DNA of 64,000 nt. Origin: Bigelowiella natans CCMP2755 (Eukaryota > Protista > Cercozoa). The notes under the pieces were generated by a model that saw nothing but the letters and a program-made list of their open reading frames with translations, had not been told where the DNA came from and ran no database searches. The stretch lies in the NCBI GenBank assembly GCA_000320545.1, contig ADNK01000245.1, positions 1 to 64,000 of the forward strand, given 5' to 3'. Both the position numbers and the translations under genes were made by a program. Of the stretch, positions 38,362 to 51,650 are shown in pieces. Position 1 is the first letter of the stretch; the number at the start of each line of letters is the position of its first letter.

Positions 38362-39279
38362 CCTATCTTTCACTCGCAGGGCGATCTGCCGCGTATAGTT
38401 GTAGAGCACCGGCTGCTTCTACAAGTAATGTACACCAAACGCACACCGACACATCATCTCACTCGCAATTCAGTCGCACTTGAGGGGTGGTGGTGATGAT
38501 AGTATCTGAAGATAGAGTCGTAGTAACAGTAATAGTAACGGTAGTAGTACTACTAGTAGTGGTAGTTGTAGTAGTAGTAGAAGAAGTAGTAGCAGCCCCC
38601 CCCCCGCAGTTTCCTCCTGCATTTCGTGGGTCAAACATACACTTAATCATGTGGGTAGGGCTTATGCGATGTTAGAGAGAGAGAGAGAGTGAGAGGGGGG
38701 GGGAGGGGAGAGATTGGGGGGGAAGGGAAGGAGTGACGATTGAACGGTAGATGTGTGCATTAATCTGTTTATGATTAGGTTGCCCCTCTTCTAATCATCT
38801 TGGTTACGGGTATCGAAACATATCATTACAGCCTTTATAATTTAACACAAGCTCTATCATGTATGTATGTGAGTTAGTGTTTGTGTGTGTGTGTGTGTAC
38901 AATCATTATTCATATCACCAATGCGAGTACAAAAGCGATACTCTCGTACACGACGACAGGATGTTGTCACCTCTTCTTCATACTCTCTGTCATTTTTCCC
39001 TTCCAGGGATGTGTATGGCGCGAATCGTGTCTCCGATCTATAGCGGGCTCTTCTTTAACACCCTGGCAGCGATTATGTTGTCCATATTCGGAAAGATCCG
39101 CTACCAAATGAGGTACTACGAACGGTACAGCAATACCTTTATAGCTACTTGCATGGTATCTCCCAAGATCGATGGGTGACAAATTGCTGGCACTCTGCGT
39201 ATCGAATGCATGGTCAAATATAGTTCGCGTGCTTATGATGATACTTCCTGCAAATGGGTTTCAAACACGGACACAAACA

Positions 39280-39322
<43 letters not shown>

Positions 39323-39856
39323 GCGCGCGCGCGTGTGATTACCCAACCATAAAGGATGCTGTCGATGGCTCTCTTCTCGCCCATTTCTGGCCGCAAAAAA
39401 AAGCAGGGCGACAGCAATGATGACGTGGAAACAGCAGCTGCAAGGAATGCTACGACGGGGAACAGGCCATCACAAACGCGAGCGCAAGCGGAGAGGGCAC
39501 AAACAACAGCTACGGCGAGGCTGAAGAAGAAGAAAGGCCGCGTCCACAGCAGCAATAGCATCAACAGCCATACGATAGAAAACAAATCGTCGTCGTCGAG
39601 ATATATAGGAAATCGTCGCGGCAGTAGTACAGCAACATCAAATAATTATGATACCTCGTCTCTTGACGGGATGATCCCTGGATTAGCCGACAGCATGCCT
39701 AACAGCATCTCCTCATCGCAGCTGCGCGCGTCATCTGTATCATCGTCGGCCGCTAGTAACAGAAGACCACCTGGGAGACAAAGCGGCGGGAGAAAAAATA
39801 CGAAGACAGTGAGGAAGAAGAAACCTCGATTGGGGAAAACTCGCCGATACACGTAA
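35060..39856 (+). CDS. PB1-domain protein with N-terminal hydrophobic leader, Ser-rich middle and probable C-terminal TM region
   Basis: KVKLSYSGTTRKVSV..ISYVDNDGDEVTIQ|SDEELTEAL (PB1 Lys plus OPCA motif). Joining of the downstream exons (36030-39856) into one gene is inferred. Confidence 0.6.
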
Positions 39857-40691
39857 ATTGAACAAAAATGACTGTGTGAATGAATATGATGAACTTCCCC
39901 GTGATGATCTTCGGTATGCTTCATGCTACAAATTATGTTATTAAGCCTACACGGACGGCCAATGATTCCTAATGAGCAACGCCGCAGCACGTAATTCGAT
40001 ACACACGTTACTGGCGAATGTCACTAATTAAGCGTGCGCATGGATGGATGCACGTAGGTGCCTCTACTAGACCTGGCGTATATATGTACCTGCATCATTG
40101 TAGTGATACATATATTACAATTGCAACTACTGCACGACATTGAGCTGATCATTGCGTTACCCGGTGCTTAATCAATAATTAGCCGATAGGCAGGTTCACA
40201 ATGCACAACTGTCAATACCAACCTAAATAAGGCTTTCATCAATGCGCTGCAGTATGCATATGGCAACCATGTAGAATTTCGAGCGGCTCAGCAAGTGTAC
40301 ATAACGACTTTTAAAGGCTGTGCCCAAAGCTAAGGACGTTTATTTGCAGAAACATCACACGCATGCTGTAGTTGTTAATTTGTTCGCGATAATGATAGTA
40401 ATATGCGTGTAGATTGCGACGACGGGGAAACACAACGTTACACACATAATAAATGCGTAAGTGGTAATGGAGATTGAACTACCTTTAAAAAGTCCATACT
40501 TTCATGAAGTGAACATCGCGCACATCATAGTTGCAGCCTTGTAGCATGCTATTTTGCTACTTGCACATGAGTAAATTCATCAATCCTCCATCATCTCAAC
40601 CATTCGGGAAACTACACTCCGGTGAGGATCTACGAATCGATCCTGGTCGGCATTCAAAGCGAAGAAACCGTCATAAAAATTTCGAGTAAAA

Positions 40692-43600
40692 TTACAGTCG
40701 AGCATTGCCGTATCCATAAACGTTCGCAGCACTTCTGGCTTGCGACCGAGGGTCACCTTTAACAGGAGACTTCCCGCGAGAAGTGTTTTTGTGGTTCACC
40801 CCACGAGCACGTCTCTCTCCTCGCCCTGTGCGCCTCATCGCAGAGGATTCATGATGGTGATGAGAATGACGATCAGTTGACCACCCCCCCTTTGCACTGG
40901 AACCAACATATTTATTTTTCTGTGATTTCTTGTGAGTTGAAGAATGAAACGAGGCGTTGCTCCTTCTAAAAGCCAAACTGCTTTCTTTAGATTGGCGCAC
41001 GGTCAACGTGCTAATACGATCTCCCAGCGGCTCCCTACTTGCATAAGAAGTGTTGCTACTTCTAATGGTAGCGATACCAAGCCCTTCGTTTTGCGATTCT
41101 CTGTTCGTTAGAGTAGAAGGAAGGGAGCTGTTTCTACTTCTGAAGTCAGAAATTCTTTCATCTTGAATTATCGACTGTTGTTTCAGCTCATCAATGGATA
41201 AGCTGTTTTCCTGTTGCGAGTAAGATGATGAAGAAGTTGCGACTCTCCCGCCCAGTGTCTCGGAAATTGAAATCGGATTTGCATGCGGAGTCATGGCCGA
41301 TATCGACGTGTTTTGATGTGTGTAGCTGCGGCTCAGATTCCCAGTTGCGTTGCTATGAAGACTGCTCAGTTCCCTGAGGTGCTTCGCCCGAGCATCAGCA
41401 TGCCTTTTCTGGTCAACCTTTCGAAACACCATTTTCACCTTCTTTTTCTCCCGCTTGGCGCGGTGCAGCACGGCTTGCATTTTTTCGAACGTCCTCACGA
41501 CTATGTGGCTGATCTTGACGAGTTTCCACCCCACTTTCACGCCGTTCTTCTCTGCGTCACCTCCCTTCTCAACGGAGCTCACGTGCATTGTTTCGTCGAG
41601 CTGGAGGCCAGGATTGTACACAGAAATCTTTAATGTGACAATTTGGGAGCCAGCGCTGGGAACGAGGAGGGTGAGCTCGCATCCTGATTCTGTGGACTCA
41701 AGCGCAATTTTTGCTAAGTTGATAAACCCTTCTCGTGTAGTCACAACGTTCGAGTTCACCGCGTCGACCTGTTCCACGAACAGACATATCGATGAACCAC
41801 AGCGATGCATGCATCCATAGGACAATCAACATGTGAGAAGAACGACCTTGCACCCCATGCGGACCCCCTTTTCGGCTGCAGCTCTCGTCATGGACACCAC
41901 CCGTAAAGAGTCATCGACTTCAATCTCATCGAGTTTGTCGATCCACACGTAGTCTTCCACAACCTAAGGAAAAAGTCATCATAAACGAGAAAGCCAGAGA
42001 AGAGCTTTCAATCAACGCCCCACCTTTAGTTCGACCTCCGCCTCAACACCTTTGGTGCAAAGGGGCGCGAAGAAAATGCCTTCGATGGCCAGGATGGCTA
42101 AAACACGAGTGAAGAAGTCGATCGCAAACGTAGTTAGCGCCTCTGGCAACCAGGCCCTCTCGCCCTCCTTGGATAACTTAGCAGACAGCACAACGATGAG
42201 GAACCAGCATCCACACACAAATGCGGTGGAGAACACAATGGCAATAATGTCCCCCAATGTGTAGTCTCTATTGCTAAGACTGGGGTCGTTCCCAGAGCTC
42301 AAGCATTTACCGCAGATGCCTCCACAACACCCTCCGCGTTCCTTCCTAGTACCCCGTGCGAGTACATCAGGCTCGATTTCGGTCAGATCGACTATGCTGG
42401 AGGACATGTCGTAAATCTTAAAGCTATTCCTCATCATGGATGCATTCTTATCAGGATAGATGGGCTCGAGAGTATGGGTTGGAGCCGATTTTGAGTTTAA
42501 GGATTTTTTCCCGCCACTCGATTCTTGGACAACATTCTGGGCTTCATCAAAATTGGCAACGTTGAGCGAAGACGTGAGAGAGCTGGAATCTCTTTGCCCT
42601 TCAGCAACAGCTTGAAGCGCTCGAGTCTGCATGATTTTCTGTTCTACATCGCCGGGGCGGGCTATGTTGAACGCGGAGGCGAGAGAGCTAGATTCCCTTC
42701 GCCTCTCGGCAACTGCCTGAAGTGTACGAGTTTGGAAAATCTTTTGTTTTATATCGGATATCTCTTTCTGCGTCCCTTTCAAGTGCAATTTCGAGCTCGT
42801 TGGTGGTTGCTTTTTTTGAGGGACCGAATTTGCTTCGGAGTTCTCCATTTTCATTAGCTCGATGCTGTCTTGCTTCTTTCGGTTGAATAATGCTTTTTGT
42901 TTTTCAAGAAATTCCAAATTTTTCTGAGACTTTGTTTTCTGCTCCCCTTCATCGTCCGCCATGTCCTGGAATTCAACATCCCCAAGGAGAGTATCCATAA
43001 TCCAGTTCAACGCCTTTCCAAAACGGCTACGGGAATGAGGGCGCACAGTCTCGGGCCTGATTCGCAATGCCGAAGGCATATGGCGGTTGAAGAAGGAGAC
43101 AACGAGGAATGGTACAGGGAAGGAGAGGATTGCTGACACAAACGCTGCTGCCGTCTCCTCCGATAGAAATGGTAGCCTCTGTTTTTGGCCCATCAGCAGC
43201 ACGAGTACGACCATGCAGTTGAACAACAACACTGCAAGAATAATCGTCCGCTTGGTCGAAACCAGGTGGTCGCCCTTGTGGTGCAGGAAGATGCTGAGCC
43301 AGGGATGCTTTTGGCGGATGGACCACTTCGTTCTCCTGCAGCAGCGCCCTAGGCTCCTCGACTTGAACCGCATATTGTACATTTGGTTGGACATGAGCCA
43401 AAATGCTTTGGTTTCGACGGCACTTGAGGAAGGGGAAAGATGATTCGAGTCAAACAACACCGCGGCTCCGAGGAGGAGCGCTAGTGCAACAAGGGCTGAA
43501 GTTCCGAAAATCATGATAGGGTTATTGCTCAATGAGAACGCATTCTCATCACGGGCGTCGCCTTCATCCAGTGTATTTATGCGGATTTGCGTCTTTGTAT

Positions 43601-44902
43601 CCGACGAAAATGCTGTGAGGTGTGGAGAGGCGCAGACGATAGTGCCCCCACTACCAACTGAACCATTCACAGCTGAGATGACATCAAGACCCCTGCCATC
43701 CCACGTTACACTTGTTTCGTTCCAAAACTTACAACTAAATAGATCCCCCACTGATGATGAGGCTTGAGCAGCGCTCACACCGACTCCGAGCACGGTTCGT
43801 GGGATAGTAATTTTGTAAGGCGTTTCCGCGGTGTTCTCCTGCACCACTTCGCCTCCTTGCGACATAGTCGCCAACACCGTTGTGGAGCTTTCATTTCGGA
43901 ATGATAGATACAGCTTTAGCTCTGAGCTTAGCTGCATGTTTAGAAGTACACATGAGCGCATATTTGTTATGCATAGTATGGCTATGTTTGGCATGTATAT
44001 GTGCAGAGAGAGGAAGAGAGAAAGGGAGAGAGAGAGAAAGAGAGAGAGAGAAAGAGAGAAAGAGAGAGAGAGAGAGGGGTGGGGGGGAGAGAGTATTGGT
44101 TGTTTTCTGATCTATTGTAGTGTAGAAAGTAAATACACGAAGAACGTCTAGCTCTAATCTTTGAGCATGAGTGAACGCACACGCACCGTCGCAAGTGCCA
44201 GAACGACTGAATCGGAGCTGGAGAGTTCGACTGAGATGGGAACCTCAATACGAGATCCTGTGCTGCTGCTGGAAAGATTGGCGCCACCGACCTAAAAATA
44301 TAGGGCGCAATTAAAATTTTTAGCACTCTCGCATGGAATAGCAGGAAATAACGGGAGGAAAAGTGCGGAGGGTAAAGAATCCAGATGGCAGCGTTGGGTT
44401 GTGAAAGAGAAAATACATCTGAAACGTCATGATCTAACAACCAAGATGGCGGATCAAGGAGTAATTCTGCAAACGCTGCAAATCACACAAGCATTCACCT
44501 CCGTTGATGACAGTAACTGCGCAACAACTGTGATGTCACCGACGCTCACTTCCCTTGGGACCTCCCCCTCAATTGCATCGGCCACTAATCTCAATCCTAA
44601 AGCCGTGAGAGACTGCTCCAGCACTGCTGAAAGTTTAATGTTCTCCCTTATGCTTTGGAGCATATCTATCGAGCGAATGAGATTCTCAATTGAAGATAAA
44701 GATGCTGCAATTGCGGTCGGAGAGAAATCATTGAACGGGCTGTAGTAACACGTATGAACCAATGGAAGAGCATAGATACATATGACAGAATAAACTCAAT
44801 TCGTTATCGTTTGAACCCGAACGCTGAATGCATATGATTAGATTATTGCGTTCTTAAAATATTTACGCGCGCGCGTCTCCCCCCCCCCCCCCCCCCTCTC
44901 TC

Positions 44903-44941
<39 letters not shown>

Positions 44942-47900
44942 AAACAGTTGCGCACATAAACTTGATATAAATGCAGCATACCTGCGGGTCAAGTTGAGGA
45001 CAAGCTCGGCAGCAGTGGTCCTAGTTTTTTCTGTCAGCTCTTCCGGGTCGTTGAAGTCGGTAGCTAAACTTACTAACACTAACGGCGCCGCTACTGAGCT
45101 ATTATCACCATCGATCGTCTTGACGAACGACTGCACAGACGATATGAGCGAAGTTCGTATTTGCGCTGCTCTACCGCTGGAAGTGGACTGATCGAATTTT
45201 AGTGACGAAGCAGTTCCAGATACCAGGGTTGCAAAGGAATTAAAATCCCTCTGCCCAAGCTTTTCCGTAATGTCGTACATAGTTGCGTTCACATCAAAGC
45301 TCACTGGCTGTCTCACAGTAGCATTAAAGAAGAATGAAGTCTCAGCTGCAAACACGTCAGAAATGACTGCGCTAATCTGTAGAACTGCTTGCCCGTCGGG
45401 GGGGAAGGGCAAAGCTGTGGAATAGCTCGATATAGCTTGGAAGGAGCACAAATCTTGGAAAGCTGGGTGCTTGGTTCCTTCAGAGACATAAACAACAGGC
45501 AGTTTATACTGAAACTTGTAGCTGAGTGGGAGATCTTCGTCCTCCCACAAAGCACAAGCCATGACGAAAGTATCTTCAAGCGCAACACCAGAGGATGGAG
45601 ATATGCTACATGATCCCAGCGATGGGGGAGTATTAACGGTGAAACTCACCTCAGAGGATCCCATCAACCCTCCTCCCACCAGTGGGTTTGCCGTCCTTGT
45701 TGCAGTAACGCGAAAGGTGTAGGACTGTCCAGGAACGAGGGAGCCTGCTGCAATTGCCATGACCGACTTGTTTATTGGAGACAAAACTACACCTGGGGTT
45801 GTAAGATCAAGGCCCCCCTCTGTGCAGCTCCATGCCCATGAGTAGCCAACAGAGCTCGACTGATCCATCTCCGTCCCCGCCGCATTAAGCACAACTCGCA
45901 CATTTGGATTCACCTTGTACGCTCCATTCACAATTGCCACGCCCTGTGCGGCGACTGACGAAGAGACAATAGGAATGTCTGCGGACACAGTTCGGAACTG
46001 AAGGGAAGCAAAGGCTACTCGGGGAGCGGAGCTATTAAAGAAGGTCACTCCTGTAGCATTTGCTGTGAGCTCAAACGTTGCGTTCCCCTCAAGGACGGAC
46101 GTGTTAATCGTTGCTGTATTGGTTCCAGTTGAAGGAAGCATAACCAGCGGCGTTGCTCCTGAAGCAACTGACGACTTCCGTAGCTCCCACACGTAGCGAA
46201 GAGCATGAGACATGTTTACCGGGTCATACTTGGGACTTGCCGTTATAGAGATGACATATGGGTTGGAGCTTACAACTGGAAAATGTTGCAGCGACCCACC
46301 TGTAATAACGATAGATAAAGGGAGGCTGGAAGTCACGGCGATAACCTAACAGTATTATGCGATTTGTCTCATCCTCGGGAAGATATGCACACGAGCAGCA
46401 CACACAGCAACTGGAATGAAGACGGATAAGAAGGTGATTTACCTGTGTGATGTTCACATCACCAATGAGATAGCCGCTCGAGTCATAGCTTGACACATGA
46501 AGATTTAGCCCGTACGTACTCCCTAAACTGAGAGTTCCTTTAAGAATTTCCAGTATAGTTCCCTAAAGAAGGTAACGTTAAGGTTGAGAGTAAAGCATGT
46601 TACAGCCTTGCGACACATCAGAAAATTTCGCTCAATAGTGATCTCGCTTGACTTTGGGAAATATTTGTTTAAATTCTCTGGCAGCGATAATTCTCACACC
46701 TGGGGTAATCCTTCTGAGATGAGTGAATCAGGAGGTGAAACGATCTCAGCTGCGTACTCTTTTGCGCTGGAGGAGATTCTTTCATCGCCAGGCTGCAACC
46801 AGGTCCACTGAGCAGTTGTTCTGGTGTTGGTTGTGAATGGTGACGTCCCGTTGGGACAGCTCGGGGCATTGACAACAGGCTGCAATATCCAATCTTTGTC
46901 TACATAAATCTGAGAAAGTAGCTGCGTCGGCATCTGCGCCGTTGGAAGTAGCGCTGTAGAATCCTTGATGAAACTGTGTGACAATGCAATAGACTCGCCC
47001 AAGAAGTTTGTAGCAATAACGGATATATTATGTTCCCCAGAGGAAAAGTTTCGGGCGTTCAAGGTTATGAAACTGGTTCCAAGAACGGACTGACTTGACA
47101 GGTAGGCATCGACGGCTGTGTACGGTGATCATGCAAAGCAAATATTTCATGTCGTAGAGTTAGTGAATGAAAAACTTAAGAAAAGAACCTGGTTTATTCG
47201 CATTGGAGCTCGACGTAGTATAGCTCCAGTTGAAGGAGACTTGCCGACCAGCTGATCCTATGAGTGAGGCTACCATGATGCTCACATCACCACAAGCACC
47301 CACACTCTGCGGTCCTTGGAGGGATGCAGCCAGCAATTGCGGACTTATGGGTTGTGCAACTGCTACCGAGTGTGCGCTGGAGAATCCACTCGAAGTGGGA
47401 TCGCTGAGCACCCCACCGACCATATTCAGATATTGGTTGGGTACGATAACAGGAGCTTCACCAAGATATAGACTCAGCTGTTTCTGGGAGCTCCACAGGC
47501 AGCGGTAGCCGTTTCCCAGGAGGGACAAAGTTAATGCAGTAAACAGTGAACTGCACGGGGGCTGGTTCGTAATTGAAGAGAATACCACAGTGATAGCTGT
47601 TAACGCGTTTGAGAATATTGCTGAATATGCAAACTTATAGCAGAGAGTAGATACAAAAACAAACAAATGAGTCGCGTCAAAGAGGTGAACTGTGAAACAG
47701 GCAAGCAGCATCCCCTTAAAATACACCGCTATTTCTCTCCCCTATCATCCCCACATTTAGTTACCGGAGTGGCTGGGCTCGGGGTATTTGTAATCGGGGT
47801 GGACGTGGGACATGAACTCGGGGAAAAAGTACTCGGAGAATTGCTGATTGGAGACAAACTAGGGAAAGAGCTTGATGGTGAAGATGAGGGAGAGATGGTC

Positions 47901-49110
47901 GGATTTATAGGTGCAGCGGAAGGCGCGCACGATGTTGAAAAGGTCGGTGTTTTTGTTGGAGAAATAGAAGGATTTGACGTTGGGAAAAAAGTAGGGGCAA
48001 CAGATGGTGAGGTCGTAGGTAGAGACGAAGGCGTGGATAGAGGTGAAGTCGTTGGTGATGATGTAGGTGATGATGTAGGTGATGATGTAGGTGATGATGT
48101 AGGTGATGATGTAGGTGATTGTGTAGGTGAAGTCGTTGGCAATAATGTAGGTAAGAATGAAGGAGAGGCACTTGGGCTTATACTGGGTGTGGTGGAGGGC
48201 GCACTGGAGGGAGACTCCGTTGGCGCAGTTGACGGAGACACCGTGATGCAGAGAGAATACTTCGTTTTGAGGTAGGAGTGGACGGTAGACATCTCTGAAT
48301 CGTTCAGTGTTCGATTGTATATTATAACTTCTGGTGTCATTGACTTCATAAATCTTGTAGGTGTTTGGCCTTGTTTCTTCGACTGAGCTCCAAGAGTGAA
48401 ATAGGCAGGACCAATTGTCGTTGAGTTCAAAGCTGATATCGAGGTTCCGGATGCAACTTTGACCCCACATCGGAAAAGATCTTGCGTGCGACTGGACAAA
48501 TTTATTCTGAATGCAAAAGTATAGATGGATTCTTGGTAATTACTAGGGCTGTAAAGTGTTTGGCTTCCTCCATAGGTAGTGCCGCTATATGCTTCAAATG
48601 CGCCCATCCTGATGTCGATAATTTCAACTCCTTTGGGGGCCCAGTTGCCTTCGCCCCCGAACCATGATCGACTGCCATCGTGTTTGATATTATGAGCAAC
48701 TGCAATCATCGTAGCACCCGAATTCGAGATGAAAGGTGAGTAAGGGTAATCGTTCTTAAACCCCAAACCCTGAAGATACATGTTGTCGGCGAAAGATACT
48801 GTGTTGTGTCCATTGACGTAATTTCGAAATAATATTGGGTCAACATTGGAATCTCCGGTAGAATTGAGTCCTCTACCATAACCTGATGCGTCCTCCCAAT
48901 AGGCAACCCTAGAGCCATTGGGGCTGGCTAAATCATCGGCCTTCAGCCAGAGGGACATCCCCTGTTTAAAAAAAAAAGGCGAAAGATTTGTTGGGCTTCA
49001 TTAATTTAAAATGAGGACGAGGAAGACCTGGGGTAGACCGCTGCCGCTCACATCTTCGATCCAAGTGAGAAAGAAGAAGAGCGGGGGCAGCATCGGGCCT
49101 GTCCATGCGA
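40692..49110 (-). CDS. PKD1/REJ-like multi-pass receptor: LamG/ConA-like domain, S/T/P stalk, REJ domain, GPS site, TM helices, PDZ-like domain
   Basis: SLWLKADDL..VAYWEDASG; PT-type repeats; REJ motifs VNTPPSLGSCSISPSSGVAL..WEDEDLPLSYKF; GPS CKFWN..W..G..CASPHLTAFS; HPWLSIF..STKR TM block; PGLQL..VSSVEKGGDAEKNGVKVGWKLVKI (PDZ-like). First exon uncertain. Confidence 0.85.
48056..48128 (-). repeat. 12-bp coding minisatellite (gatgatgtaggt)n encoding PTSS repeats
   Basis: About five near-perfect tandem units inside the 47729-48958 ORF. Confidence 0.9.
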
Positions 49111-50639
49111 GGATCTAATCCTTAGGTGCAAGGGGTCGATTCCTATCGGCGTTTCGCTTTTGAAAAGTGTGAGTTGACGCATGCAGAGCCGTTTCACTCG
49201 AAAAGGGTCTTGCCGCACGCTCAAATGTGAGAAATCCTCGGAAATCCCCAATGAATTACAGGGTTGAAGACCGAAAAGTGTTGTTTAAATTTCTCGTTAG
49301 ACTTGAATACGATTAATAATAGATCTAATAGAGTCTGGGGCGCATTAAGAAACAGTCGCATTAAGAAACACTCAGAGAGAAAAGAATTTTTTTTTTTTGA
49401 AAATGTTTCACCGGGATTCCAGGGCATTTTCAGACAACGACAACAGGATGTTACTGTGAATACCCCGTGGGCATACCTTGCTTTTTGAATTTGAAACGGA
49501 AGCCTGCTCATCGATGAACATGAGCGGGGAGGCAAAGCGACGGCGCAGTGGGGCGAAGCGACGGCGGACCAGATCTCTGTCTACGTTTGGGCACCATCAC
49601 TTGAAGTTTGAAGTTTGTGGGGAAGTCCGAATATTTGAAATTTCCGCTCGAAGGCCGTTCAAGTCGTCCAAAGCAAAGCTTGCTGCCACGTATACCATAA
49701 ACAGCTCTGCTCCGGCATGAAGATCACTTACAAAGACTCAGAAGGTGACGTCGTGAGGGTCAAATCTGAATGGGAGATGACGCATGCACTTGTTTCCACT
49801 CAAAAGTTTACTGTGGTCGCCGTCAATCAAGCCCGTGCGTCGAACAGTGAGTCAGCTAGTAACGAGGCAATGGTGCCAGTTGACCAGAACCAGAGAGTCC
49901 TAACTACGTATTTCAAACCCGTTGATGAGAATAAAAACAAACCTGGGAGGCCGAAAAAGAAAAGGAGAAAACGATCATCGAAAAATGCTGCGGCTAATAA
50001 CGTGGGCGATGATGCTACCGTCGTTGAGGTGAGCAATGTCGAGACGGAGATGATGAGAAGGTGCAAAACATTCAAGGCCACCCGCAACAACAAGGCCACT
50101 CGCAAGAACTGGGGATATGGGAAAAACCTGGAAATTCTCAATAAAGCTCTTGAAAGGTTGCACGCACACAATATGTAGCGTGCATGATATGATCATGCGA
50201 GGTTGTTCTGATTGTGCATTGGGAGCAGCACAATTACGTGTCATATTTGATACCAAAGGATGTCTGTAACCTCGGTAAAATTCCATAGGTTTTGATGTTT
50301 TTCAATGTGTTTGTCAGTTGGGATCGTAAGAAAAAACACATGAGTGCCAGAGAATTTACTCGATGGCATTCGACAACTCCATTGGTGCCAGACACAGAAC
50401 GGGTGCCAAGGGGGACTCTCCTCCAGTACGTAACTGGCAATCGAACCATTGGAAGAAGCGTGGGGAAAAAACCCAAAATACCAATATCGGCGAAGATAGC
50501 CTTGGCACATGTCGTAGCCATGAAAGACGAAGCATCAAACGGCGTGGGTCCAAAAGGTGTCAGAAAATTCATAAACTCAATTGCTCCAGATGAAGTCGGG
50601 ACTCACGTGCACACTGCTTGCAAGAAGGTGATGTAGCAT

Positions 50640-50713
50640 TGTTCTATACAGGGATCGAACCTGTGACCTTGCGTTTATTAGACGTATGCTCCAACCAGCT
50701 GAGCTAATAGAAC
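50640..50713 (-). tRNA. tRNA-Ile (AAT)
   Basis: Reverse complement folds as GTTCTAT-TA-GCTC-AGCTGGTTG-GAGC-A-TACGT-CTAATAA-ACGCA-AGGTC-ACAGG-TTCGATC-CCTGT-ATAGAAC-A. Acceptor and T stems are perfect, A and B boxes are present, and there is one A.C mismatch in the anticodon stem. Confidence 0.9.
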
Positions 50714-50913
50714 TTGCAATAGATTGATTGACAAGCCTCCATTCGGAGTTGAACTGATGACCATCTGCTTTGCTTATCTGCACGATGATGACCATTGATT
50801 CATCACATCCGTAGGTGGTGAACCTTGGGAGAGAACTTGGTCTGATCAAGGGCAGAATGGTGAAGGGACAATCGACAACGTCGAAAAGAATCGCTGCATG
50901 CTCGGAAGATCTA

Positions 50914-51650
50914 TAAGCTCATCGACCCTTTGTTTTTAACCTTAATATTGGACCTGTTCTTTATCCGGCATTTTGGGGGTACGACAACCTAGCAACCCCC
51001 GCCTTGTCGCAGGTGACTTTCGGCCATGTCACCTTGCCACACGATGGCTACTACATGGCAAGCTCTGCCTTGCTTTGGGGGCGAGGACTGGTGTTCTTCA
51101 AACTGACAAAGAAATCGACAGGGCTTTCCGTCGAACCATTGTCCTGCTTGACAATTTTGCTGCTGTTCGCCAATCCAACTTCTCCCCGACGCAAGCTTCT
51201 TCCTCCTGATTCCATTGTGTCTGTCTCCGATTGCTAGTTTCAGCTGCAACTTGGTCACATTTTGACTGCATCAATGAACAATGTTCACTTCACCTAGCTG
51301 CAACTCATCATCTTAGCTTCCCTAGATGTAGGTCATTGGCTAGTTGTGTGACTCATCACCAACAGGGTGCTGACAAGTCCTTGCAACGACTGTTGTTGAG
51401 GCTCTGTTGCATGCACATGCTTGTCTCCCATGAGGTTCTAGCACATGCAAATTTGATCAATGCTTCATTCAAATTCAAATTCAAATTCAAATGCTAGTGA
51501 CGCAGTGCAACAACACTCCCATGAGTCCTTGCAACGACTGTTGTTGAGGCTCTGTCACATGCACACGCCTGTCTCCCATGTGGTTCTGGCGCATGTGAAT
51601 TTGATCAATGCCACAGCTTTGTTCATCTTCATCATCATCATCAATCATCA
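50914..51650 (+). mobile_element. 5'-truncated non-LTR retrotransposon end (ORF C-terminus, 3'UTR, tail) followed by a second tail copy
   Basis: An ORF remnant to 51209 interrupts the transposase exon. The 3' segment is duplicated at 51370-51492 and 51522-51650, each ending in a degenerate simple repeat ((ttcaaa)n; (tca)n), and the same family occurs at 18840-19065. Confidence 0.55.

Noticed and set aside
48056-48128. Regular short repeats as a CRISPR-like array
   Set aside because: There are no unique spacers; it is an in-frame coding minisatellite in a eukaryotic gene.
47667-48275. Plus-strand ORF with VGDD repeats
   Set aside because: It is the antisense shadow of the PTSS stalk of the REJ-like gene.
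49257-49285. TA-CAGGG.. as a possible left terminal inverted repeat of the transposon
   Set aside because: No matching inverted copy was found downstream in the window.
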